A stretch of DNA of 64,000 bases, from NCBI GenBank assembly GCA_051362555.1, contig CM120640.1:3100001-3164000 (forward strand). Reading direction: 5' to 3'. The number at the start of each line of letters is the position of its first letter. Positions within the stretch are counted from its first letter, which is position 1. This stretch comes from Lingula anatina. Lineage: Eukaryota; Animalia; Brachiopoda. Below the pieces are notes generated by a model that saw only the letters and a program-made list of their open reading frames with translations, was not told the origin of the DNA and ran no database searches. The translations under genes and the position numbers were made by a program. Below, piece by piece: positions 23,601 to 35,090 of this stretch.

Positions 23601-26017
23601 TAAAAGTCAAAATATATTTACTTAATATATTTTCTGATTGCTTGAATGTTCCATGGCGCTCTTGTAAACGTGTACAAATATGGATCTTTCTCACCTTTTA
23701 AGTTTTAGAATGCTGAAAAACATCCGTAATATTTGTTGACACAATGTGTAAATCAATTCATTACTTTCAAAAAAACATTACATTTAATAGAGAGTCATCG
23801 AATATTTGGGGACCGCTTACCTCTTATATCCAATGTCCCATTATAAAGAAAACTTTCGCCAAATGGCTGACCAGTCAAAGGATTGATACTGTCTTTCAGC
23901 AAGGTCTGAATAACATCGAAATATCAGTTTGTACAGGGAAAAGATGTTTTCACAGAGGTAATACAGTAATCTCCTGAATGTCAGTTTGTTTGGTACTGTG
24001 AACTAATAGTTTTATCATCTGTAAATGCTATTTGAAATTTTATAATTTTATCAGAAGAAACGAAGATTTTAAGAAGTTGCAATAAAACTCGGATTGTCAA
24101 CAATTCCCATTTTTGTAAGAAATGGACGTTATGGAAAGCAGTACTTTTGTATCTAATTTGTGAAGATCACAATGGCCCCATTCAGAACGGATGATCCGAG
24201 TACTTACTGATCCGACAACTAAATATGGCCGTCCACAGTTCAAAAGCGATGTCGCTGATTTTTTATGGTCTCCCGTCTCCACACGCGCCGTCGCTGCAGG
24301 GGCCTAGCAATTAAACCTCGGAGCAGAGATTCAATCCGTTTTAAGGCGCGTGTGGAGTCGGGGAGACCATCAGGAATCAGCGGCATCGCTTTCGAACTGT
24401 GGTCGGCCATATTTAGTCGGCGGATCAGCAAGTACTCGGATCATCCATTCTGGGGCCAATGAAGCATGGCGTCGCTTCTTGATAGATAAATATCATATTT
24501 GTAGTCAGACTTAGATCAAACTGTCTTGCGTTCTTGACAGGATCTGCAAACATACACGCATTTAGGCAGTTAAATTAAGTTCGCATACATGTACGAAAAG
24601 AAAGATCCACACAAATCCTTTGAAGAAACAAATAAAGATTTAAAGGGAGACCTGTGTTGATAAAGAACAAATCTCTATATGTCAGGGGTATTAAACCAAA
24701 GCCTCCCTTTAGAAAACTTGATAAAACTGTTCAGGGATTCGTTTAAAAGCAAACAATTTCGCAAAAATTGGCACTCACTGGTTTTATGTACAGGGTGTTC
24801 TCTCTCACGTAACTGTTAGTTGAGTCGTTAGTGTAGACCTCGAATTCCCAGTTCTGAAAAGAAAGGCGTATTAATCAAAAATCACCGAAAAGTTGGCAAT
24901 ACATAAACAGATATTGTCACAGCAAAACTTGATAGGGCTGGGTTAGCGAGGTAAAATTGTTCACCTGTTGAGGTTAAAATGGTTGTCAGTTGGGCTCACC
25001 CCCTCTTTTTATTTATTTATTTATTTTCTTTCACGTTTGCTAATGTTGGCGAGTATTTTCAGGCGGCATGGCCACCTACATCGACGGTATTTGCAGGCTT
25101 TATTTTATAATAATAATAATAATAATAAATTTATTTTAAGTCTAAAATCCATTTAAAATGTTCAGTAGACTTTACATAAAATATCATAAATAATACTACA
25201 TAAAATATCATAAATAAAATCTAGGTAAAACAGCCATATTCCATACAATTAAATGCAATTAATACAAAATTTATAAAACCAATTAAGAGTTAATCAAAAT
25301 ATTTCCTAAAAAGGTATGTTTTGAGTTATTTTTTAAAATGTTTGGTAGACTGAATTGCTATTACTTAATTTGATTCTGTGTTCAATTTCTAGATTTTAGT
25401 TGGCAACATTTTTAATAGTAAAAATGTTTCATATTTGCGGAAACTCACTTTTCTCGTGCAAAGTTGTCCCCTGATCATATGAAGTACATTTTAACTACTA
25501 TAGCAACTCATCTTCACAACATGTGAAGGCAAAAACAACGCTGGTTGAACTCAAATGCAAACAATTATGGCCAAGGCTGAAGTATATGAAATATGGCCAT
25601 GTGGTCCTCAATTATTCCCACTTTGTCGGTAAATGAGGCCTGCATGCACAGTTTTTTACTTGCAATAGAGGTGCTCCAATTACTGTGGGCTTTGTAAAAA
25701 TCGGGCCCAAGTCCATAAAGGACAACTTGATGGGTGAAAAGGAAAGAGTAGTAGAGCAGTAAGGAGTTTTGACTTAGAGGCATTCCTTTACACCAACGTA
25801 AGGGATTCAAATTAACCTGATACAAACTCATGACACTCCTGGGTTAATGTGCCGATGGCAATGGTGTCAAAACTGCATGGATACATGTAACCAAACTTAT
25901 CTCTCCATGACAAACGTTTAGGGCTAAGGCAGACCTATGCAAATAATGACGAAAAACCTGAGTTTGTGATAAGACTGAAGATATCCACAATTTTATCTCG
26001 TCAGATTTCTTTTTCTT

Positions 26018-26057
<40 letters not shown>

Positions 26058-27279
26058 TAGCACTTTCAGTAGCCCACGGAGAGAAACACGAGCAGCGAGG
26101 AACTTCAGCAACATGGCGTTGAAGAGTTTTCCACTGTCACATTGACAAAGTGTCTTTCAAAATCACACCTGATTATCGTAACGATGGATGATTAGAAATG
26201 AACACAATACAGTTTATAAAACATTAACGATGGTCAAGGAGCTACATCAGAGATATACCTCCTTGTCGTTATATAAGTAATTTGGTAAAAACCAAAGATA
26301 AACAGCATGTAAAGCCAATCTGAAAAAGAACTGCAGTAATTTTCAACTTTACACTATTTCATATTGCAGGAGTGTATTAATACCTAGAGGTTGGTTAAAA
26401 ACCAAAGGTGAACAATATGTAAAGCCAAACGAAAAATAATTACAAGGGCGTGATTTTACATTGCAGGAATTTTCCAGTATACAGAATGCAGGAGTGTATT
26501 CTATATTGGATTTAATCAATTAAATATTATTTGTAAATAACATATATATATAAATTATTAGGTTTTATCGAGTCTATAGGTGCGCCATTTGAAGAGGTGC
26601 GTCTTATATAAACCTTCTCTGCCTTTTGCCAATTAATCATGAGCGACCCTCAACGTAATTCGAACTTGGGGGAACATGTTTGTTGAATATACATAGATTA
26701 AACATGCCTTTCTTTCTTTTTCATTTTTTTTTCTTTTTGGAAAATATGCCAATAAAGCTTCAGCTAACGTTAAATTTTAGATTATAATCTAATTTCAATT
26801 TTAACCGTTGGATCTAATATAAGCCCTATTATATCAAAATCATATAGTGTAGATATGGGTGAACATGCTACTGTGTTTGAATGTCGTTTTGTTCCTCGCA
26901 GGTTGAAGACACCGTACACACACAAGAAAATATCACACAGCCGAAGCATCAGTTTCCAGAAAATTCTGGTGCTAACATTAAAATTTTTCTTTACCACAGC
27001 ATCCACCTCTTAAACTCAACGTACTGTATGCTGGATAAATTGGAGTTTTAAAAATTATTCATTACACCACTACTGCTTATGAAGTTTCAACCATACTTTT
27101 TTTTTCAAATTTTCAACTTATTCCACACCTACCCCTCCACCCCATGCGGTGATTTCGTGTTCCCAATTTTTGGGATCCAGCGTATCAAATGTGTCTTCAA
27201 AGATGAGATTTTCTATGGCATTATTTTTCGTTACACTGGTAATTAGTAGCACGCAAAGAAACGACCAAGACCCTTGCAT
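20617..27279 (-). CDS. GH16 beta-1,3-glucanase / beta-glucan-binding protein, GPI-type signal, copy B (~420 aa)
   Basis: Exons 27279-27133, 24853-24779, 23905-23821, 23599-23423, 23115-23038, 22615-22498, 22248-22177, 21717-21546, 20955-20617. Same exon sizes as copy A except the last (+24 nt). All GT-AG, EIDLVE intact. Confidence 0.93.
24174..24457. mobile_element. PIF/Harbinger-like MITE with ~115-bp TIRs
   Basis: GGCCCCA...TGGGGCC long imperfect inverted repeats with AAT TSD. Empty site in the left arm at ~6850-6860. Confidence 0.88.
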
Positions 27280-28268
27280 TTCGACGCTGTAGTTTATGGT
27301 AGTAGTCAAGTGGAGAACGGTCCTCTTCTTTCTACTCAGTGTTGTATGCTGTTTACGACTCTTATATGCCCTTGTAAAATTTCAATGTCAATATACGGTA
27401 AGGCTACCGCTTTTAGACTTCTGGTTTACAAATTATTCCTTGAAACTAATACAAAACAAGCTAAAATAGTTTTAAAAAAACCCTAGAAGAGAAATACAGG
27501 ACTAAAAAGATATATGTTTGGAATTAGTTTTTTGAATGCGTATGGCCGTAGCTAAAGTTTGGAGGGAGTCGAAGCAAGCCACACCCCTGGTGGAGAAGAG
27601 TGAACCTGGACCCCAACCCGGGCCAACCTTATCAGTGAATAAATCTGGGTGAAATTCCAGAGGAGGACGGCGTCTCGTCCTGATGCTAGTGATCATTCCT
27701 TGAAATGATGCGAACTTCTGAAATTTAAATGACACAATCGAGAAGATTCAACCATCCGTAATACACGCAAAAGTGATATAAATGGCCTATTGCGTATAAT
27801 GTGTATAATCCTTAAATTATTTATGTAAATATAACGTGAGCCGTAAATAAATGCTCGTCTTTTTCACCATTGTATAATGTAAATAAAGAAGATCTACAAG
27901 TGTGCCAGTTTAGGGACAAAATAGAGAAAGTGAGAATGTTGGGGCGGGAGATTGAAGAAAATAGGAAAATGACGCAGGGTACATGTAACCTACATTTCGT
28001 TTACAAGTCCTTTTTATTATTACAATGTAGGTCGGGTGTAATTCGAATGCTGCAATTTCTTAACCCCCGTTTTTTTTTCTTTTGAAGAATGTTGCGTAAT
28101 CTTTCAGGTGTTAATAATGCTCAGGTCTTACATGAAGTTATGAGAACACGTTTAGAGGGGTGAGGTTGCACGTGACTGCTGGTTTTTTTTTAAACCAACA
28201 TTAAAATATTGGTGGCTGATGGAAATATAAATATCAAAGCTACATTTTCATAGTGTTCTTGTTAAAAT

Positions 28269-29093
28269 AATAATAATAAACTTTATTGAGATATTGCATA
28301 TATTTTACATATATTCTATTTTATATTATATATATTTTATTTAATTCAAAATCCAGAAAGAAGCCGGGTCATTTTGGCCCTGTTGCACACTATAAGTTGT
28401 CGCTCTCGCCCCCCTGGGGAGGATACAGCCCGACTGCCGTATTAGGCGCTCAGAGCTAGCAAACGTACCATTTCTACACTGCCAGACCAGACCCCTGCTT
28501 CAACCCCTAAGTGCTGAGTGCCAAGCGGGGCGACAGCAGTTACCGTTTATAAAGGACTGATATTTTCCCGGACGGGATCGAACCCACGTCCTCCCGCTCC
28601 AGAGGCGGACACTCTAAGGGTGCATTCCCAGATATTTAGATCGATCCAGAGATTTAGATTTAGATCGACCTAACTCCCTGGGGGTTCACGCTAAATTGCA
28701 GTCAGCCGAGCGCGCACCATAATTAATTACTCCCTTACAGCTTTTAGTAGGCGGGACAGATGCTTAAGCCGGCTAAGCTGACGGCAATCTAGTGAGACTC
28801 CCCACAGGGATAGATCGATCTAAAATCTATGGGAATGGGGTCTAAGACTGTGTTCCCATGCCTACATCGATCCATCTGGATCGTCTAACTCCCTGGGGAG
28901 TCTCACTTAATTGCTATCAACTAAACCGGCTTAAATATCTGTCACGCCTACCGAATCAGCTAGGGGGTAAAGATAATTACTCCGTAACAGCTTTACTAGG
29001 TTGATAGCAATTTAGTGAGACTCCCCAGGGAGATAGATGGATCCAAATATCTGTGGGAATGGTCCCTTAGCCACAAGGCCACCCGGTCGGTGA
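28269..29093 (-). mobile_element. tRNA-derived SINE, interrupted by MITEs
   Basis: Minus strand: A box TGGCCTTGTGG (29081-29071), B box GGTTCGATCC (28584-28575), body, then AATAAAG(TTA)n tail. Approximate TSD TATTTTRA. Empty site at ~3105-3125 in the left arm. Confidence 0.75.
28618..29066. mobile_element. Two adjacent related Harbinger/Tourist-like MITEs (~28618-28842 and ~28846-29066)
   Basis: Each has TIRs of type ..TTCCCA..GATC..AACTCCCTGGGG / CTCCCCA..GATC..TGGGAATG, separated and flanked by TAA/TTA. Related to 48369-48627. Confidence 0.7.
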
Positions 29094-30067
29094 TCAAAAT
29101 ATCGGGTTAAGCAAACAATGACAGGCAATTTTTTACACAACCCGAGCGTAAAAACCCCAGGTGTTCATTTATCTTTTAAAATTATCACCTAATGTTAACC
29201 TTTACCTGTAATAAAAAGCCATTGGTTGCTGCGCTAGTGATTACGTGGACATGTACACCTGTGTACATAAGGTACCTCTGCTGTACCTCTGTATACTCTG
29301 TACGGTTGATTTCACATATTTCCGGGTGCCTGCTAGGCACATATGTACTTAATTCCTTGATTATACCCAAAATAACCCTTTCTTTTCTCAAAAAATGACC
29401 TTTTCTTTTGCTACATTGCTGACAAAGCCAAATCAATGAAATATTGTTGAATAATATTAAAAAGACTTACTCCATATATAAAGTTTAATTGGGGAAAAAC
29501 ATGTAATCTTTTATACATACTGTTACCCCGGTACCTGTTACACATGATCTCAAATATTCTGTGAAAATAATAAAAATATCAAAGATTTTGCTTTTGGCAA
29601 ACATTGCTTAATTTTAACACAAAGCCCCAAACAAATTTAAAAAAAACATGTTGGGTCTTATAAATGACTGTTTGTAGAACAGAACATTTAAATAGCATAC
29701 ATATATGTAAATCCGTCTTTCTTTTCTATGCACTAATGATGCCTGCTTATCCTCATACAACTTAATGAACATCCAAATACTTTTTGTTCATTACAGATAT
29801 CTCTTTTTAATCTACTGAAATTTATTTGATTAAATAGAAGTATTCTTAACTTAGAGTCTAAATAACATCAGTCAAACATGGCTTTCAGGAAACAGGACGC
29901 TGCCCAAGGTCTACAGGTGGTGGGCCAAACATTGTGTATGACTGATGTTTTTTACTTTTTAAGTAATTTCATTTTATCATCCTATCTACAGACTATGAAA
30001 AACCTCTTTCACAGTGAATTTACTAATCTGTAAATAACTAACAAAAAACAAATAGATGTCTAATACT

Positions 30068-30653
30068 TCACGTCTTCCAAAAATTAGGGTTAGTTTCCAT
30101 TCTTTTCTGAAAGTTTTCATACCATTTCTGCAGGGTGCTCAGCGGAACAAATGTCTCTGAAGGATTCGGCACCATCTGGGCTTGATTTACAGCAAACGAG
30201 GAAGCATAATTGAAGAAATTTTCCAGCATCTTCTGTGAGAATGCCACCATGGTGTTCAGTGTGGACAGAGAGGTGTTGGTGGCAGGTGTCTGCTGGGACA
30301 GCTGCTCTAGAGGCTCCACTGAGATCCCTATCTGTGCATTATGACTGGGCTGCTGGGAAGACTGGCCAAATGTATTGAGGACTGCATTATCACCTGGATA
30401 ATAATGGGTAGTGAGAACTTGCCCATGGGGAAGGCACAGTATTCTCACTAAATTACTAACAAACAAACAAAAAACATGCCATTCAGTTTCACATACAGTT
30501 ACACTACTTAAAATCATATTTTAAAACCTGAGAAACACAAAGCAGTACCTGACTTAAATCCAGATATCTTAAAAATTGCACTTGGTTTGGCATTGCTTAT
30601 GTGTCCTAACAGCATCCAAGAAGGGCCTGAGGGATTGGGCCAGCAAAAATACA
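30068..30653 (-). pseudogene. HIKESHI: Hikeshi (C11orf73/OPI10 family Hsp70 nuclear import carrier), last two coding exons only
   Basis: Exon 30653-30549 [35 protein letters not shown]. Exon 30393-30068 ...AQIGISVEPL...KMLENFFNYASSF...KWYENFQKRMETNPNFWKT*. I found no N-terminal exons (MFG..GRLVQT) between here and the SPDEF 3' end. Confidence 0.8.
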
Positions 30654-30857
30654 CTGAAACCAACAAAAATACAGTCATGTGAAGTTCATCAACTGAAGAA
30701 CATTAAATCATTCATCACAGGTGCTGAGGATTTCTATGCACACAACTGGCCACGCAACTTTGTTAATAATTCTGCAATAATTACTAAGTGTTCACTTATT
30801 AACCATTTCCTTCTCAAATACTTGAAGTAAATATCACATAATCAGAGACTGATATAA

Positions 30858-31771
30858 GCCGTTTGTGGTATTGGGCAGGCGTTTGTGGACAAGTACCCTG
30901 AGATTGCCGGTGGAGTCCAGGCTACAGCAGTAGCCCAAGCCCTGGCTAACTTCAACGGAAAGAGGCGCAGAAACAACGCCCGGCTGAGGGTTATACTTGA
31001 GAGAGCTGATGGACGGCGTGTTCGACCACACGGTCTGCTGATATAGCACTTTCTAAGTCAAGCCGTCCCAACTTGATTGGAAATGCAGCCATAACATAAC
31101 TCTAAAAAACGAACTGCAAGTTAAATTTCAACCAAACTTACTGCTCCCTAAGTTAGTTAAACAATGATTTTATTTAAAACTGTATCTATCAGTTATTACT
31201 AATTAGTATAAATGCCATATCAAATTCATGTGTAATATATGCATTTGTAACAATGCTAATGGGTTGTTTACCTTCGGTAATAAGCTAACAGTCTTGGGTG
31301 CAAATTGCTGACGCAAAATCCAAAATAACGGGATCTAATTCCTAATCGTATCTACAATACATGTACTTTTCTCAAAGCCACAAGGTTATTTTTAATCATT
31401 TTGATACATTTAAAACTGGGTTCTGACGTATGTTTATGTATATTTTTTAATTCTAATCGCCTGTTATCTCGAATTTGTTGAAAAAAACGTCACCTATCTA
31501 TGCCTTTTTATTTCATCAGAATCTCGATCTGTACATACTTGGAAGCGCCTTTTTGGAACCTACGCTGACGTCGGAGTGGACGCTGAGACCGTCGCTGCGG
31601 GACTAAAGAATTGCGGAACGCTGGCATTTGACCCCAATGTTAACACCCACTTAACTGAAGACTCTCTCTTCGACATGTTGGACGCTACTGGTGACGGTAT
31701 CTTCAACAAAGAAGATCTACCTGTTATTTTTTTCTGAATTTATAGCACGTTATGGAAGGGGACGACAGTAA
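30858..31771 (+). pseudogene. Degenerate exons 2-3 of EF-hand gene copy B
   Basis: 30858-~31030 matches 13979-14156 but lacks the CAG acceptor and has an 8-bp deletion in EF loop 1. 31520-31771 matches exon 3 with -1 and +1 T-run indels and an intervening stop. Intron and 3' UTR homology continue to ~32445. Confidence 0.85.
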
Positions 31772-31884
31772 GAATTCTGATTGGGCAGTCCCTCCTTCAG
31801 GGTTATATGTCAGTGAACGAATGATTTTGAGAAATTTTGTACATTTGCTTCATGGGACAGGGATAGAAGAAAGTCGTACCTTTG

Positions 31885-32297
31885 CATGGGCGTAACTAGG
31901 CATACGCACGGATGCACTGTGCGTACAATTTTTTGGCCAACCATGATATTATTTTATATAAATTTAGTGTATTTTTCACGGAATATAAAAGAAAAGCCTC
32001 TGCTTATTAAAGTCACCTGTATGTACAAATCCTCTGTATCAATTGTATAGGCACAATTGTTCTGACCCCCCCCCCCCCCCCCCGCCCCCCCCCGTTCTGG
32101 GTAATAAGAATATTGGAACTTTTTTAACTGCGAGAATATTTCTGACTAAATGATGATTTTATTAATGGAAATTAAGCTGCGATGTGTGGTACATATGCTG
32201 TAATTACGCTGTCCTTCATCTCTTGCGTTAGTCTACATTTTGCTGGGAATTTTAAAAATCTGTGCGTACAATTTTTAAAGGTCTGGTTACGCCCCTG
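31885..32297. mobile_element. MITE with 5-bp TSD in the pseudogene 3' UTR
   Basis: TIR CATGGGCGTAACTAG / CTGGTTACGCCCCTG with TSD CTTTG. Empty site at ~14949-14953. Confidence 0.85.
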
Positions 32298-35090
32298 CTT
32301 TGAAAGGGAAAAACTTGAGCCGTTAAAGCTCCTTTGATAAATGTTTGAAAATTTTACATTCTGTTTTGTTTTGTGAAATTTTCAAATCTATCATGAATAA
32401 AGATGGTATATAAAAACCGCACAAAACCTATGCTCTGGTTTTTATCTATTCGAATCCCGACTCCAAATTAAGGCACGTCGCTTTTGATGACAGATGCAAG
32501 AAATTTGCAGATGAAGCTTTCGGCAAAAAACGAACATCAAGTGTCAATAGAACAACTAACGCATTTGAAATTGTACGGGCAGACCGTGTGTAATGAATTG
32601 TAAATTTTAATATGGAACTTTGCGTATGTGCAAGGAGCATAAGTAGGCCCAACAAGGCTCTACTTCTGATACTACATAGTACAGACACGCCCACGAGTTG
32701 GTATATCATGTTTACAACACGGCTTCTATAATATTTTAGAGCAAGCACACAGCAGCTGGCCTAAGCATCCCCCCACTGCTCATTGATCATGAACTGTTTA
32801 TCAATCTTTTTTTTTTTGCGGCACATTGTCACAATTATACCTGCGCCGGCTTACACAAAACGTTTCGCAATTTACACATTCGCAATAGTTTGTGCATTTG
32901 TAATTTTTTTTCATAGCCTGAACAAAACCGTCTGCAAGCAAGGTATTGAGCAAAATAACATTGCGAAACAGTGGAAACGATCATGCACGGGTCTGTCCAC
33001 AAAAAAAAAAAAAAAAAAAAAAAAAAGGGACGGCACAATTGCAAAAACTGCGAACGGTTCATGAAAGTCGGCAATGTTTATTTGTCGGGATCACAAGGAC
33101 AAATACCTGGACCAAGGGCATCCAGCTACTGCTGGAAATAAAAAACAACTTTTTGTGCAGTAAATAGATAGTTATTACCGCACAAGCCCTGCTGAATACT
33201 AGGTATCTGCCATGAGGTAACACCTATTCATTGCCGAACAATAGGTATATATTATATCATACTGTTAAAAAATACCGTTATTTTTCAAAGGCAAAATAGA
33301 TCTATTTTCTCTCTTATTGGAGCTGTTCCGGTGTTTGCACATTACATTGGGCGGTGAATTCTGAATTTATGTGTTGTTGTATGATAACACGTAGCTGAAG
33401 GGGAGAACCTGCATGACTTAGTTTTCAAATATGGAAGCTTTAAAAAGATTGTGAATCAATTTTGTTAAAAATGTGTTACATATAATAAAAGTGGTGGAAA
33501 ATCGAAGTCCTTCACATACCTTGAATTAAGAACAACCATTGGAAAAAGACAGTAGGCCTACTATACGATGGGGTGTCATTCGTTAAAGAGTTTTTAATAC
33601 TATACATAAGGGTATGTAGACGAATTTTGAGGGGAAAATGTTTTTGATGTAATTCTCTCTCAGAAAACAATGCCAATTTCACATCCTCCATACCCCTATT
33701 CAAAACACTTTTAAATTTCGGGTGGTCATCTTTCAATATTATTCAGAGTTTTTGATTTTGTATGTCGATATTTTTATCAATAAACGTGTTTGAATTGTTT
33801 TAAACAAGGTGTATTCTAAGACACTGATGGTAAAGATGAGGAAGGGGGGGGTGTCTTGGCGCCAGACACTCGAATTTTGATCCCGTTTACGATGTTACGC
33901 TTTGTTAATTTTACGGACTTTCTTTTTCACTCACTCATGATGATACACCAAAACGCATTTCCTGAATTAATCTTTGAAAATCCGTCTTATACAAGCGAAG
34001 TGTTCTTGCCATATCGAGTTGTTGAGAGATTTTGTCTAAATTAATGACGTTTTTCCAATACTTAATTCCACATGAGGCTAATTTCTGATTTTTTAAATCT
34101 CGATTCAATTCGTTAAATGCTTATCAATAACAATACTCGCTCTATCTTTGCAGGTACTGTATAATTCTCTCACTTAACTTTTAAACCTCTTCGTTACAAT
34201 TAAAACATGAAATGAAACGCACAAGGTAAACTCCATTTCTGTGAACTTGTTCTTTTATTGCTTTAAAAAACGATCTGGTGATCGAGTAAGTCGTAGATAC
34301 AGCTTGATGCAATACGGAACATATCTTTGAAATATAATACATGACGCATCTCGTTTCTTTTTGCATCTTGGCCATCAAATTGTCTTTGGTGTCTTCGTCA
34401 TAAAAAATACAATTTTTACAATATAGATACACTATGTACATGTATACAGCTTTTACAGTGATTGTACGCGACTTGTGCGGATCAACGAAGTAGAATTAAT
34501 GCTGTACTGATTTTAAAATATGGGCGCACATGGTCGACAGGAATTGATATCTACATATTGTACAAAGATAAATGGCACTTGAATATTTTGCATATCAAAA
34601 CAAGAATTCTCTTTATAAAAATAGCTCTTCGAGATCATTTCCCTACATCTTGTTCTTGTGTCTCATCTATATGCATTAAATCTTTTTAAAAATATTTTAA
34701 ATCTTTTAAAAAAGCACCAGACATTTGTAGCCAGGCAGGTGGTTGGTAACCTGCACAAGCCTTGGTCACTAGGAGCTTAATTATGCCCAATTTAATTAGC
34801 GTAAAGATGTCTTTGGCATTTAAAACAAACTAGTTTCCTTTTTTCTTTGATCAGATCTCCCCCTACTTTCCTTACTTATGGGTGACAATTGAGACATAAG
34901 ACAACAGTGGTTGCTCCTCCCCTGGGGGATGGGGGGGTCTGTAAAGTGCATAGGATGGTCCTCATACCTCCCTGGTCAGTTCTGGTACCGTGGGGGCAAT
35001 GGCTGGGTTCACGCCCACTTCCTTCTGCGTCACGGTTGAATTATCAGAGCAGAACTGGTATATATAGTTCTGGAAATGTCACTGTAAAGT

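Larger units (their letters stand above)
16070..29850 (-). repeat. Right arm of the inverted segmental duplication
   Basis: Reverse complement of ~219-13432. Contains EF-hand exon 1, the full GH16 gene and sequence downstream of the Hikeshi stop. The inverted block probably continues to ~30850 (Hikeshi exons). Confidence 0.95.

Noticed and set aside
23162-23603. RE/SL-rich ORFs
   Set aside because: Translations of an intronic (CT)n/(CTT)n microsatellite.
28575-28615. tRNA-like T-arm/B box
   Set aside because: Head of a SINE, interrupted and without a full cloverleaf; not a tRNA gene.
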